Positions 11,801 through 23,685 of a stretch of 64,000 nucleotides of DNA are shown piece by piece. The DNA is from Fimbriosthenelais zetlandica. Taxonomy: Eukaryota. The stretch is taken from contig OZ365112.1 of the NCBI GenBank assembly GCA_977030845.1, positions 24,986,001 to 25,050,000 of the forward strand. The letters run 5' to 3'. Below the pieces are notes generated by a model. That model worked only from the letters and a program-made list of their open reading frames with translations, searched no databases and was not told where the DNA came from. Every line of letters begins with the position of its first letter. Positions within the stretch are counted from its first letter, which is position 1. Made by a program: the position numbers and the translations under genes.

Positions 11801-12889
11801 CTTGCCAAACGTGAAGTATGACTAAACGTGGCACTATATCGCTTGCCTAAAGTCTGCACCACCCAGGCATGAAAACCTTTAAGCCGAAAGTAAATTGATA
11901 CTGACTTAGCGATAATATAGAGAAAGGGTTGACTCAACGTGCAACCCTCTTGGGGGAAAATGCCTTAGCAGTACTTCGCCACTCCATCGACCACAGTGCA
12001 TTAGAGGAAATGAATTCCCCCCTCTATCTACCTCCAATTTAATTATCAATAAGCTGGAATACCGTCGGATATACATAGGAGACAACTGAACTTCAGCTCT
12101 ATTACACCTTTATATTATGTCATATTTCCTTACAAAGGACTGATTTATTCCCCAACGGATTTTTTCTCCAACTATTGTTATAGTTTTTGATGCCAATGAT
12201 GTCGGAGGACCAGTTTTTATTAGCTCGTAGAGCGGCTATATAAGCATCGCCAGTCGCTTGCGCACTGGTCTCTAGGGAATGTCATTATTTAGGCGGGTAT
12301 AGAAGGCATCTAGGTGTAAGAAGAGACCTGTTGACTTGAGCATCATCAATCAGTTACCAGGTAAACTATCTAAATGCATACTGGCTATGGGGAAACTTGG
12401 TGGGGTGAGATGTTGCTCGGATCTCGAAATGTTTTAGCATTTTAGACCTGATAGACGTGGCTTTTTTTCTCCAATCTACGGGCTGTGACTTTTCCATGTG
12501 AAAGTTAAGTGCCCCGTTTGATATCCTGATCTGCTTCCAAATGTCAGCTACATTAGCTGTTGTAATTCGCATACTTATAATTCAGGAGGTGCCATGCAAA
12601 GTAAAACAACAGTATGTATGTACTATAGGAATACCAAAATGCTATATTATAGTTATGCAATTCCCTTTGACGACATGGGTGTGAATAGAGGTGATGTAGT
12701 TGCTTTGGGTAGTGGGAGGCAACTGGATCACCTCAATTAGTATACCCATTAACGGGCGTTTAATGCCTGGAACCTCTACTCTTTTTATGAGACCTACATC
12801 TTACTGAGTCTGAATCAACTTCCCAGGAGCCATACATTAGGCTTACTAAAGGTATGGCTGATTTATACATTATGATTTGCTTACCTTGC

Positions 12890-13190
12890 AGGTTAAAATC
12901 AGATATAAATGTGCAGATATGGGAAAGGTCACTCAATGCCCTTAAAGCACATAAGGTCGCGGCATTGCTGATGTCCTTCATCGACATCAATGGCGACAGA
13001 AAAGCTTCTCACGGCTTATAACGTCCTAACGGCCTATGTCGCCAGATCAAAGAAGAGTCGCTACTGACCACTAAGGTCAATCAAGGTCAATGGGTGGCCA
13101 GTAATGGCAAGGACTAGTGTGCTCATTCCCCCTGCAGGGGTCGCCCAAGGGGTGCAATAATGGCTCAGTGGCAATTTGAAACGTGCCGAG
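12890..13190 (+). mobile_element. Degenerate non-LTR (CR1/L2-like) RT fragment
   Basis: Plus frame reads SLNALKAHKVAALLMSFIDI...SHGL*...ESLLTTKVN. Removing the 10-bp tandem duplication near 13073-13092 joins it in frame to GWPVMARTSVLIPPAGVAQG, resembling D.SKAFD ... SYL..R.Q.V..NG ... GVPQG. No YADD motif is recognisable downstream. Confidence 0.35.
13074..13089 (+). promoter_or_regulatory. DR4 element with two AGGTCA half-sites
   Basis: AGGTCA-ATCA-AGGTCA, produced by a 10-bp tandem duplication. Confidence 0.35.
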
Positions 13191-15312
13191 TACAATATAA
13201 AAACGCCATTACAGCCTGATTCCTCACAGTTAAGCCAATTGATCGTGGCTTTTATCACATGGCTTCATTATAGATGGCCTGTATGCAGTGGGTCAATCTT
13301 CTCATCAAGTACCATCTTGTCTTCGTTATAAAGTAAATCTGATTATTTTACTAGTATAATTATCAGAGATGTTCTCCAGGGGTATTTGGCCAAGTTTGAT
13401 GGACTAACTATATCCTTTACTCTCCTGGAAATGTGAATGAGTCTGGAGGTTGATTTCAAAAGACTCAGGATCGATATCATATTAAGTAATGATTTGTAAT
13501 TTTTGATTGCACTTGTTCCTGACAAGGTCAACGTAGATCTTAAAGGTATCGAGCACAGTAGAAAATCCCTCCTGTTCTCCTGGGCTGACAAATGTTGGCC
13601 ATAGAGGTGCTTGGGGTTTTTTCTTGCTCCTTTTTCCACAAAGCACGCCTCAAATAGCAAGCCCTTTGATCACGAATGAAGTCATGCCTAAGTTGGCTAG
13701 AGGCCGAGGTTCTTTGGTACTTCAGCCCTGTTCAGAGAGGGTAAAGAAAGCACGGCCATAGATTTCAAACCGTCTGGGTGGAGGAAAAATTTACAAAGGA
13801 ATTGGCTTTTAACAAGATGCCAAAATGTATTGATCTACGACCGTGATAAGGCATCTAGATCTGATAAGCCGTGATTTGGCTGATAGTGCACAAAGTGTGG
13901 TGATACAGATCTAGACAATTAGCCAGATTCGGTAAGGTAAAAAAATCCTCGTCGATTTTTCACGCTATTTGTATCAAATTAATCCGAAGGGACTTGCCAT
14001 CTTCATTAAATTAACGTGTATTAGATGTTGTGAATCGGAAGGAATGAGAAGACACTTCTTCTCTATGATTTGTTCCCTCTTTAATCTTATCTTCCTATTG
14101 TAATGGACTTCTTACTGGCACTTTGTGTTATCTCAGGTTTGCCGAGTCCCTGGGCATGATGTCTTCACACACCTTCAGTTTAAATCTCAGATGACACGTC
14201 CCGATGATTAACAAAGTCACTGAGATCATAATTGATGGCTCTCCTTCCAGATCAAGGCATGAGGTGATGAAAGGGTAGATGTAATGGCATATTTGTAGCG
14301 CATCAGATATGTATATATGAGTATCTAACATAGTTTTGATGACTCAAAGTGTGCATCCTTAACACATACTTATTTTCTCATCCAGGAAAGTCTTCGATAT
14401 TGATCTGACGACCACGCCTGCCAGCGGTATGTGTTCAATGCTGCTGAGATTCAGAGGTTAATGTGCTCTCTCTGCCCTCTAAAACCATTGCATATTACCG
14501 AAATGTACGCTATTTTCAGATAAGATTGTACACCATGGTTTAAAGTTGTCCAAAGGGGAAATTGAATTAATGCACGCTTCCTTTTAAGTAGATCATGCGA
14601 AGCATGTTTGTGGTGGTTCTCTGTGCATTTGATTTTTAACCCTGCATGGACAGAAATTTATGTCTTGGTAATACTTACATGTACATTTCTGTATGTATAT
14701 CGGTACTACATTTGTATTATGTACATTAGTGAGTTTATATTTGCCCCACCCTTGCTTTGTCATCAGCATAACCTTCATCCAAATATACTGCCCTCTGTTC
14801 TTGTCTGTTCTTACAGTTGTATTATCAGAGGATATGTGAATGTGTAAGCCACATAGATAGTTCTATTTCATCGCTATGCTCCCAGAATTCCTTGTGGTAT
14901 TATATGCAGCAGGTTTTCAAATGTGCAATAGCATGTGTGTACTCTGGGTAAAACTCAATCCACGGTCTAGTTTAGGTACAATATAGATCTGGCCTCTACT
15001 CTGAAGTTTCCATCAATTCTACATCAGCTTATCAATTAAAATACAAGGGTTACCCTGCTGCTGAACTTTGTTTTACATTAGCAATGAATGTAATTGCTGT
15101 ATTGGCTGCAAAGCATTTCCCTACTTCGACCAAACGTTTAAGCACCATTTTTCAGCCAGTTCTGAAACTGTCAACTACAGTTTAGTTTTCTTTCAGGATA
15201 TATGCAATTTATCCTAATCTACTGTGATGTGACGAAAGATAAGAAAGATAAACATCTTGCTGTCTGAAAAGTTGTCCAGAGGGTGTTTCCAGATCCAATA
15301 GTTAAAGCAAAG

Positions 15313-15385
15313 TGCAGTGGCCTGGAATCAAACCCGGGTCGCAGGAATGAGAATGTTGCATGACGCCATTACGGTAACACAGTGC
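15313..15385 (-). pseudogene. tRNA-Gly(CCC)-type pseudogene or tRNA-derived element; anticodon position now CTC
   Basis: Minus strand GCACTGTGTTACCGTAATGGCGTCATGCAACATTCTCATTCCTGCGACCCGGGTTTGATTCCAGGCCACTGCA (73 nt). It aligns with the eukaryotic tRNA-Gly-CCC type (..TCATGCAAGATTCCCATTCTTGCGACCCGGGTTCGATTCCCGG..GCA). Acceptor, anticodon and T stems carry mismatches, the T-loop has changed TTCGATT>TTTGATT, and the A box is eroded. Confidence 0.75.
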
Positions 15386-17099
15386 TGCCTTCAGAGTAAC
15401 CTTCCTGTTTGGTCCTAGACAAGATCTTTATCACGTACTGCAGATATTTGAGATATTTACCACCTATAGAGTCACAACATTCCTCATCCAGAAGCTGGAT
15501 ATTTTATTGAAGGAAAATGTCAGTTATTTCGGTGTTACAGAAACACATGATGCTGCATCCTTTAGGGAGATGTTCGCTACAAAACCTATAAAAAGAGATT
15601 GGCATCTTTTCCACAGCTAAAACATGATACATGGCTCAAACAATAATGCATATGGAAACGATATGCATTCCTGCAGCTCCTGAAGTTGGATGGTCGAGTT
15701 GACAGCTGTCGCTGAAACTTTCTCTCAGGTTTCTGTGTCAGCTAATAGACAAGGACTGCTGGTTAAAGTTTCGCCTGGAATTTCAAGTATGATCTCCAAC
15801 CGAAGAGAAAACGTCTTCTCCATTCCCTCCCTGCGATTATGATACAATGCAGATTGCTGAAATCTGTTCTATCAATAGCAAAATAACTATTGACTATACC
15901 CAGTACTTATAACAAAATGAAAGGCAGCAATGGCCTCAAGCCATAATATAATATGACTTTGTAAAGATCAGATCATCTTCTGAATATGTTGTGAAGTATT
16001 CCAGGAGCTGTTACCTATTATAAAAGGTTCTGTATTGGCTACCTTACTGGTCGTCATACTGTACCAAACCCAGAACCCTATTTAACGAAGAAGACCAGAC
16101 GTAAGGCCCTTGGGACTCATGACCTTGCTACCTAATAAATCTCATTTTATTCCATTAGGAGAACGGTGCTATAAACCCTTGCTTCTCCTGAATACCACCT
16201 TATAATCCTTTTGACGGCAGGAGTTTTCTAAGAGGAATCTCCATTCCATTATTTCGTCTCTAAGTGTTCCTTGCTCTTCAATGTTCCTCTGAAAGGTGAT
16301 AAATAACCATTCCTTCTTGTGTCTCAGATTATTCTTTGGCTACTGTCTCGAGAGACATATCAATTTCTATGCAGTTCTCTAAATATGTGACTTGGAGTAA
16401 TACACTGTTGAGAGGGTGCCACATGCACATCTGCCTATGCCCAGTTTGACCCTTCCGTTTTAATAATGCACGAAAGCTGCATAGTAGGGCACTGGCGTTG
16501 GGAAATATTTAGATAGGCCGCGTGCCAGCGCCTTAAATCATAGCATGATAGGCTCTCGAGGTCAAAATTTGAAGTGCCACTGGCTGATAAATTATTCATA
16601 CACCTCCTGTTTCGTATTTCATTCCCTTTTCATTTGCCTCCTTTCTCGACGAGACATGTTATGGATGTTCTTTTTGTATCAGTTTCACTGAAAACTAATT
16701 CATTTTTCCATACAAGAGGACTAAAAACAACTTGAAATCCAATTCTGTACCAAATAGTTAAAAATGAAACTCAGTAAGATTGGAACTGGGTTTAAACCTC
16801 CATTTTAGCTGGTTTGGTTTTAGTTGAGGCCACTCGCACATATTCTCAGAATGTACAACCAGCCTGAAGCGACGAGCCACAACTAACTGAAAAGGTCCAC
16901 CAATAACACAAGTTGTCTATAGTAGGAGGTCATGGTTTTTGGCAGCCATCGTTCAGGAGAATCCCTAAAAGGACCCCCGAGGAAGATTCTGCAGTCACCG
17001 CGTGGTGTCTCTTCGTGAATTAGGTGTCTCTGCAGTGGCCCCCGGGCCTGGCCCAGTGCCGATCCTCACCCTGCCAAACCCATTATACCCTGGCGCCTC

Positions 17100-17160
17100 C
17101 ATTATCACCCACGCGTCTCACTGCGCATGCGTGTAATTAAACCACTTCCGCTTGCCAATG
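17100..17160. promoter_or_regulatory. Candidate TATA-less promoter or enhancer: NRF1-like + ETS + CCAAT
   Basis: TGCGCATGCG at 17122-17131, CACTTCCGC at about 17143-17151 and CCAAT at 17155-17159, inside a GC/CpG-richer patch (about 16960-17160). Confidence 0.35.
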
Positions 17161-20100
17161 GGTAGCACTTTGATATGCATTTTCTTATGCATTAAGGTGC
17201 TTGGTGATGTGTGGCGATGGGCAACATAGGGAGGCTTTATTTGTGGCTTGCGTAAAATGCCACTGCATGGAAGTTGGTCCTCAAAGTGCCCACATGGGAG
17301 GGAAAGCGCATCTTTATTACATCCTAAACGAGCATAGGACTTTGATAAGTCTCCAACCCCTGTTCTTCATTCTGCCATCAATGCATGTCCTCCATGGATA
17401 ATCATGTAAAGTTAATCCGATTTATCACCGGATCGAACATGGCTCGAGGCTCTGAAAATACAGATCAGGCATTTGCCCAGTGGCAGTGCATAAATCCACT
17501 GTAATCAAATGAGAACAGTTCAATTTCGGAGATGGTGAACAATAACGGCATGTAAAGGAACTATATTCACCCATAGAATAAGTAATCTGGTTCTATGGAT
17601 GGGAAATATGGGTAGTTGAATCTCATATATACAACTAATCATTTCATAAAGTATAAAGAAGGGAAAAGACCTGCGGACGTGCTTTGGAGAAGATAAATAT
17701 GAACTTTGGACTTGGTGGAACTCCTTGGGCAAGAATGGCCTTCGAAGTGGGGAGCTTTTATAGATATTGATGTTGCGGGTCTGTCTTTTGTCTGATCCTA
17801 CTTCAGGGATTGGTCATCAGTGTCGCTGACCAATACACACCCCTCTGAGGGTTATTAGAGCATCGGGTTTGATTCTACAAGTAGCATAATGCCCAAATAG
17901 GAATGACACAGTATGAGACACCCCTATGCAGTGACAGCGGAAATATTTGACTTGGCCCATCCACTGTTCAACAAAGATTTCAATAGTTCATGTTTTCATT
18001 GTGCCTGTGTTTGAAGGGGTCCATAAAAACACGTGTTCGAAACATTGATGTTAATGTGTTACCAATAGTTGTATAAATGTCTTGCCTTTTTCCCGTTGGT
18101 AAATCATATTGGATAATTGGTAGGAATACATTTAGGATGTGAATGAGGTCCTCTGATAAGGTCATGATCGATCCATATAGCTTTTATGGAGCATATCAAC
18201 ATACAGTTAGAGCGCATGCCCTGCTTTGGTGTAACTAACAAAGTACAATTCAAAGCCATGACCCTCTGATGCAGCAGTATTAGGTATGTTCATGCTTTCC
18301 GGGTTATGGGTTGTGTACATGCACCCATGTAAGGTGATCAGGGCAGGGGAATAGGGCCAATTAGTGCCCTCAGCCAGGGGCACTTTTTAGAACCCCCTAT
18401 TATCGGGGTCTGGCCAGGGGGCTGATAATGACACAGCGCCTTTCGGGTCAGGGTTATAAACTATCTCAAAGGCACAGTTTGCCTCATAGTGCAATCTGTA
18501 ATTAAGATCCGCTACTGATCTTTCTAATTAATTAAGTTAATATCTCTGTTCATTCTCAGGCCATTTGGATTCACGCAAAGGGAGACTGTCCCTTAATGAG
18601 GCCCAGTGATATTAGACGCAATAGTCAAACAGTTCACTGCAAAGTTTGCCCACTTCCTGCTACATGATTATGGAATTAAAGTCGGTAAATACAACTCAAT
18701 AACAATTCATTGCACTCAGTTCTTCTCGATGCTTCATAACCACATTCACAATCCTCATTATTCTATACTATCCTGCTCAGTAGCATTATGTTCTTAAACA
18801 ATATTGTTGCTTGGCATTTGAAGCAAGATAATTTGAGAAAGAGCTGTCCATAGCAGTAACCACAGAGGCTCATATGTATAGCATATATAGCCTAGATACA
18901 ATGGTAAAGGTAAGTTGCTGACAAAAAAATCCTCATTCCTTTATACATCAAAAGGTGGAAGTGATTTCCGTGAGTAGTTCTAATGTATAGCACTAGACTC
19001 CAGGGTTTACCCTTCATATTCTTTACCATATGTCATTATTTCGCCTTGTATTTAGTTTTTTTACCATCAGTAGGTGTAGGCTAATAGCAATGCCTCGGGC
19101 ATCCAGATATTCACAGAGGAAACCGATCCGTGCCCACACCTTACACCATTGGCGGGAAGAGCTTTAGCAAACTGCAATACCCGTCACATTATCCCACATC
19201 AAAACAGCCTCCCCACAAGTGAGCTCACTCTAGACTTCCACGACCAGGAACACTATTAAATCTGATCGAGGCATGGACCTTGATTTGCTACCATTGCCTC
19301 ACCTTGCCTCAAACCCAACTTGGCAGATAAATGAAGTGCACACGAAAGATAGGCTGCTAAACTTGCAGCAATCTTAACTACATGTAACGAATCTGTAACG
19401 TTAATCACAAACCTGCAACTTTTAATAACGGCCACCTGTATTTAAGATAAAAGGAACCAGATGCTTTGCACGCCTTCCACAAACAACGGTGTAAGGTTAC
19501 AATCCCAGAACATTGATCAGCCATGTGTTACACCATCCTTGCCAGCCGCCCCCAGATTGTAGACAACAGTTATTCAGGTTTTCTTTCTTTTCATTCGTTC
19601 CCTGCTATATATGTGCGCCAAAAGACTCCTTCTATATATTTCTGCTGATTCCCAACTGAAAGAACAGGATGCTACTTTGCTACGTTGTCTGTCCGCCTAA
19701 TTAGAGAAGGACCTGGACATGGTTCCAGTTTTCTTATAAGGCGTACTACACACTGGGGGAAACCTGAAACTTGATATTGTTTTCGTGCACTACTCAAAAA
19801 GTCTGTTGCAGAACGACGTCCTCTTTTCTTCTTCCTTTGGCTTCCGATAGGTTGATAAATGTTCGTTTTAAGAGGCAACCATGTTGCCTCAGGAAATATT
19901 CAGAATCATGACTTCATATCCAAGCACTATACTGTTAAGGTCTAACTGTCTTTGCACAGAATATTTGCCACAGAACATAATTATCTCTGTCTTTTAAACA
20001 TGCAATGATAATTGATGCCTATCAGCAGGTAAAAGACTGGCACAAACCAGCGAGATGAAGCGTTATATTTCCACAGTGAAGCGCCAATATTAATACTATC

Positions 20101-20220
20101 AATCATATTTTCCCCAGGGCAAAAGCATGGTAATTGATAATATCACCGAAAACGATGCATCAGGTAAAGGGGCTAAATGAATTCAATTAGTCAGTCTGTA
20201 ACTTGCGTTTCATGTGACGT

Positions 20221-20402
20221 AATTAATTGCTTTACGACAGTGATGTGCCTTTTACGACATGGTTGCCAGGGCTTTATGTCTGGGCATCACACCCTTGGTT
20301 ACCGTTGGTCGCGTCGCCCTCTGGGATGTCATCCGTCATGAGAACGTCGCTGCCTGTCAGGCGACTTGACCTCGAGGTCAATCATCCGGAGCGGCGCGCG
20401 CG
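20221..20402. promoter_or_regulatory. Candidate enhancer module: paired TTTACGAC sites, ER2 palindrome, CpG-rich
   Basis: TTTACGAC at 20231 and 20251, exactly 20 bp apart. TAATTAATT lies immediately upstream. Perfect 16-bp palindrome TTGACCTCGAGGTCAA at 20366-20381. CGCGCGCG at 20395-20402. Confidence 0.4.
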
Positions 20403-21169
20403 TCCTGGGCTTTATCTGTCACACTCCTGGTGATAGTTTTTGGCGAGGTGTGATGCCTGGAGTCTTGGGGAGCTTGGGGAACCAGACTTTCCAATTGATA
20501 GGTTGTTTGTTAGCATGTATATACCCAGACATCCTATACAAATTATACTTTCAGACATTGTTAAATGAATCTCTAAATGTATTTTTAATCTGAGATTCCA
20601 ATTTTAATCTGTGTTTACAAAAATATATATATTGATACCATTATATACCATAGCACTACTACACTATTAATTTCTTGTTCTAAATATGCCACTACCTCCT
20701 ATTGTTCTCCAGCATGTAGGTTGTCAACCGCACTGGAATGCGGAGCTCCATTAACACAGTTCACGGAATGATTTTAGGCTTCCTCTTTTCATTTTAAGAT
20801 CATTTATCAAGTATGTCGGTGTTTTCCTTTCCGTGATGTAGAGAATGTAGTCAGGGGGGTGATTGGTTCCTCCTCAGTTCAGCGGGTTTTCAGCTAGTCA
20901 AAACACAATTTAATAAAAGGCAAAAGGGACTAAATTTCTTACTCGAAGACATTCATTTCCCAGGTTCCTGCGAGTATCATACTTGCTTAGAATCCTTAAG
21001 ATAACAGACGTCCCCGGTACTGAGTGGATTCCTTTTAAAGTTGGTGGGTTTTATTCATCATGTCAGTATGGGGTCATCTTTTCATACTCATCTGTGTTTT
21101 TAGTTGGTAACATGCTGTGCCATCTTTTGGTTATTTTGGTTATTTCAATGATTAGTCGGGGCCAGGGAA

Positions 21170-21184
21170 GGGTCAGCTGGGTCA
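21170..21184 (+). promoter_or_regulatory. DR3 nuclear-receptor element
   Basis: GGGTCA-GCT-GGGTCA. Confidence 0.3.
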
Positions 21185-23611
21185 GTGTTGGGGAAATGAT
21201 TTCCCCGGGGGTGAGGTATCACGAACACTTGGGTTAGATCCGCATGTGCCCACGTGAATACGGCTTGATCCTCCTGATTCAATTTAAACCTGCATCTGCT
21301 GGTCGTCAGATGAGCCTCACACCGATATCCAGACAGCTTTCTCAATGTGATAAAATCAAACCTTCTTCCTGTACTTTAATGACATATTGCAATTTATTTG
21401 TAATCGACAGTTTCCCTAAAGGGTTGACTCTTACCAGTACTAAGTTTTAATCTTGATCACAGAATAATTTTATCCCTCAAACACAAACAATTTTAGACTC
21501 ATCACCTTGCCTTACATCTGTGAAACCAAGTAGCAATCATTAAGCTTTGTGGTCTCCTAAATGACCAATTCAAGGCCTGAATGACTTAATTGTCATTCCC
21601 TTTATCTCCCTAATGCCATTATTTGCCAAGCCCCTGACACTGTTTGCCCGATTTCATATCGGCGGATAGGAAAGTGTCATTAAAGGTCCATATTTTATTT
21701 AGGACAAACAGCCAACACAAAGGGCCCTAAACACCCTGCTTAGCTAGGCTCCGTTACACCCCCTTTCATGATGAATGGCCCTCACTCTTTGTCCTTGTTT
21801 GCCGGGACAAATAAGGGGCCGCGGAGGTCCCAATATGTCTTCAATGGTCACTTTAGCTCCCATGGTGCTCATGGCATTATCAGTTGGCGACAGCTTCCTT
21901 TTTTTAGCCTGCCTTGTATTGGTACAGGCACCACCAGACTGGGTCTAAGATAAAGCATGCACAAAGTCCTTTCCGGCACGTGGCTTACAGATTCTTAGGC
22001 TTCCACAGCACACTTCGCAGAGCACATGGTAAGCCGGCCGTACAATGGCCGCCCTCAGTGGCCGCAGCCATTAAAAAGCTATTTGTGCCTGGCCTCATGA
22101 CAATGTCGGGATTTAAACAATATTAGAAAACAAAACACTCCATAAAAAACATGATTTAATCCGAAATAAATAAAGGCCTCTTCTCCCTGATAGAGACAGT
22201 GTGCCTCCGCTCCAAAGCGAGAGCTTAATCAGTTATTTATGACCTTGACTCAAAAGCAACCAAATTTCTAATTTTGAATAAATGTAAATAAGCTATTTGG
22301 TTAATGCTTTGAGTGGTGATATAGAAGGCAGCACATTAGATGCAGTCCAGACGCGCATAGTGAGAGGCTATAGGACTGGTGGCAGTTTCTGGCCTGGTTG
22401 GGTGGTAAACACCGATTTTTCCCCAACCCCCACCATTGTGGAAAGCCATTAAATCACCTATTCCCTGAGAGCACTTAGAGAGAGGTGGTCATGTAGTGGT
22501 GATGAGGTGGGCTAGGGGGTGTGGTCAGCATCATAATGGTCGGTTCAGGCCAACTTTGTATGGTCAGGTAGAAGCATTGATTTCTCTTGACTGCCCCCGG
22601 ACCGTGAATGTATGCGCAGTTAGAACTAACACACCACCTTAATCACGCTAAAGCTTTATAAACTCGGGAAGAGAACATCAGATAGATGGAATTATTTATT
22701 TGTCCCTTCTTTCATGTGCCCAGCTTGATGATTTTGAATTGTATGTAATCAAAGGCCAATGTTGAATCTATTTTGCACACGATTGGAACTACGTCTCGTT
22801 AAGCCAGAAATATAGGAAATTCTATTAGAATTCTCAAGTCCATATCTTTAGTTTGCCGTGCATTGAAGTATCAGAAAAGCCTTGTGAAAGTCTAATCTAT
22901 GTACCTCTTCTAGTACTTCACAGGTGTATACATATTTTCTATGTATAGGAATCAAAATATAAAAACGCAGTATTTCAACAGTCAAATCCACTCAAAGTGA
23001 CCTACAGCTTTTAGCTAAAAACCCTGAACTTTGTTGTTAAAAAGCTGTAAAACCTATATAAAATAAAACACAAGGATCTATAGCATATTTTTGGATTAAC
23101 CTTCTCTAGTTGCATAGAACATGTAGGTTCTTTGAACATTAATAATGTCATCCATGACCAAACAAAGGAGAGCTTTCACCATCGCCAGCCTCTTAGATAA
23201 TCCTGCCCCCAGCATTAATGCCTCATTAAGCTGTTGGATGTCTCCATTTTAATGGATACTTCCATTCTCTCAGGGGGAACATATGTTTTAGGAAAGCTGA
23301 ATGCACATTAAGCATTTACATGGCCTTCCTTTGCTGCATCCATGGCTCGGTTTGTAATCTTGTACTGTTTCCTTCAGACTTTAACACTCTGTTCAGATAA
23401 AAAATATACAGCAACCAGGGCAAAACAAATTTTGATCCTGGTCTATTTCTTACAGAGTTAATGCAAGTCCAGCATTTCTGAAAACAAACGCGTCATAATA
23501 TGCATTAAGCGGGCTAAAACACTCTGTTAGAAAATGTTTCAGAGTGTGAGTAAGATACCTTCTCATTTATAATACATGTATGTCTTTGCACTAGGCAAAC
23601 CTTTCACTTCC

Positions 23612-23685
23612 TCACTCCCGGATTCAAACCACGAAAACTCAATCACTACATTCTAAGTCTAGTGTTCATTTAACGCAGTTAACCC
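23612..23685 (-). pseudogene. Possible highly eroded tRNA-Leu-like relic
   Basis: Minus strand has CTAGA-CTTAGAA-TGTAG (anticodon-like stem-loop, TAG, one mismatch), a long variable-arm-sized spacer and the B-box-like GTGGTTTGAATCC. No convincing acceptor stem or A box. Confidence 0.22.

Noticed and set aside
13506-13528. GATTGCACTTGTTCC, miR-92-like seed region
   Set aside because: The 3' half does not match and the flanks give only a poor hairpin.
19130-19214. VPTPYTIGGKSFS ... NSLP (LINE C-terminus-like)
   Set aside because: Short, needs a frameshift, and is not distinguishable from chance without a profile search.
19408-19447. AAACCTG...AATAACGGCCACCTGTATTTAAG, reminiscent of pogo/Tigger-type MITE ends
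   Set aside because: No partner inverted repeat or TA duplication found.
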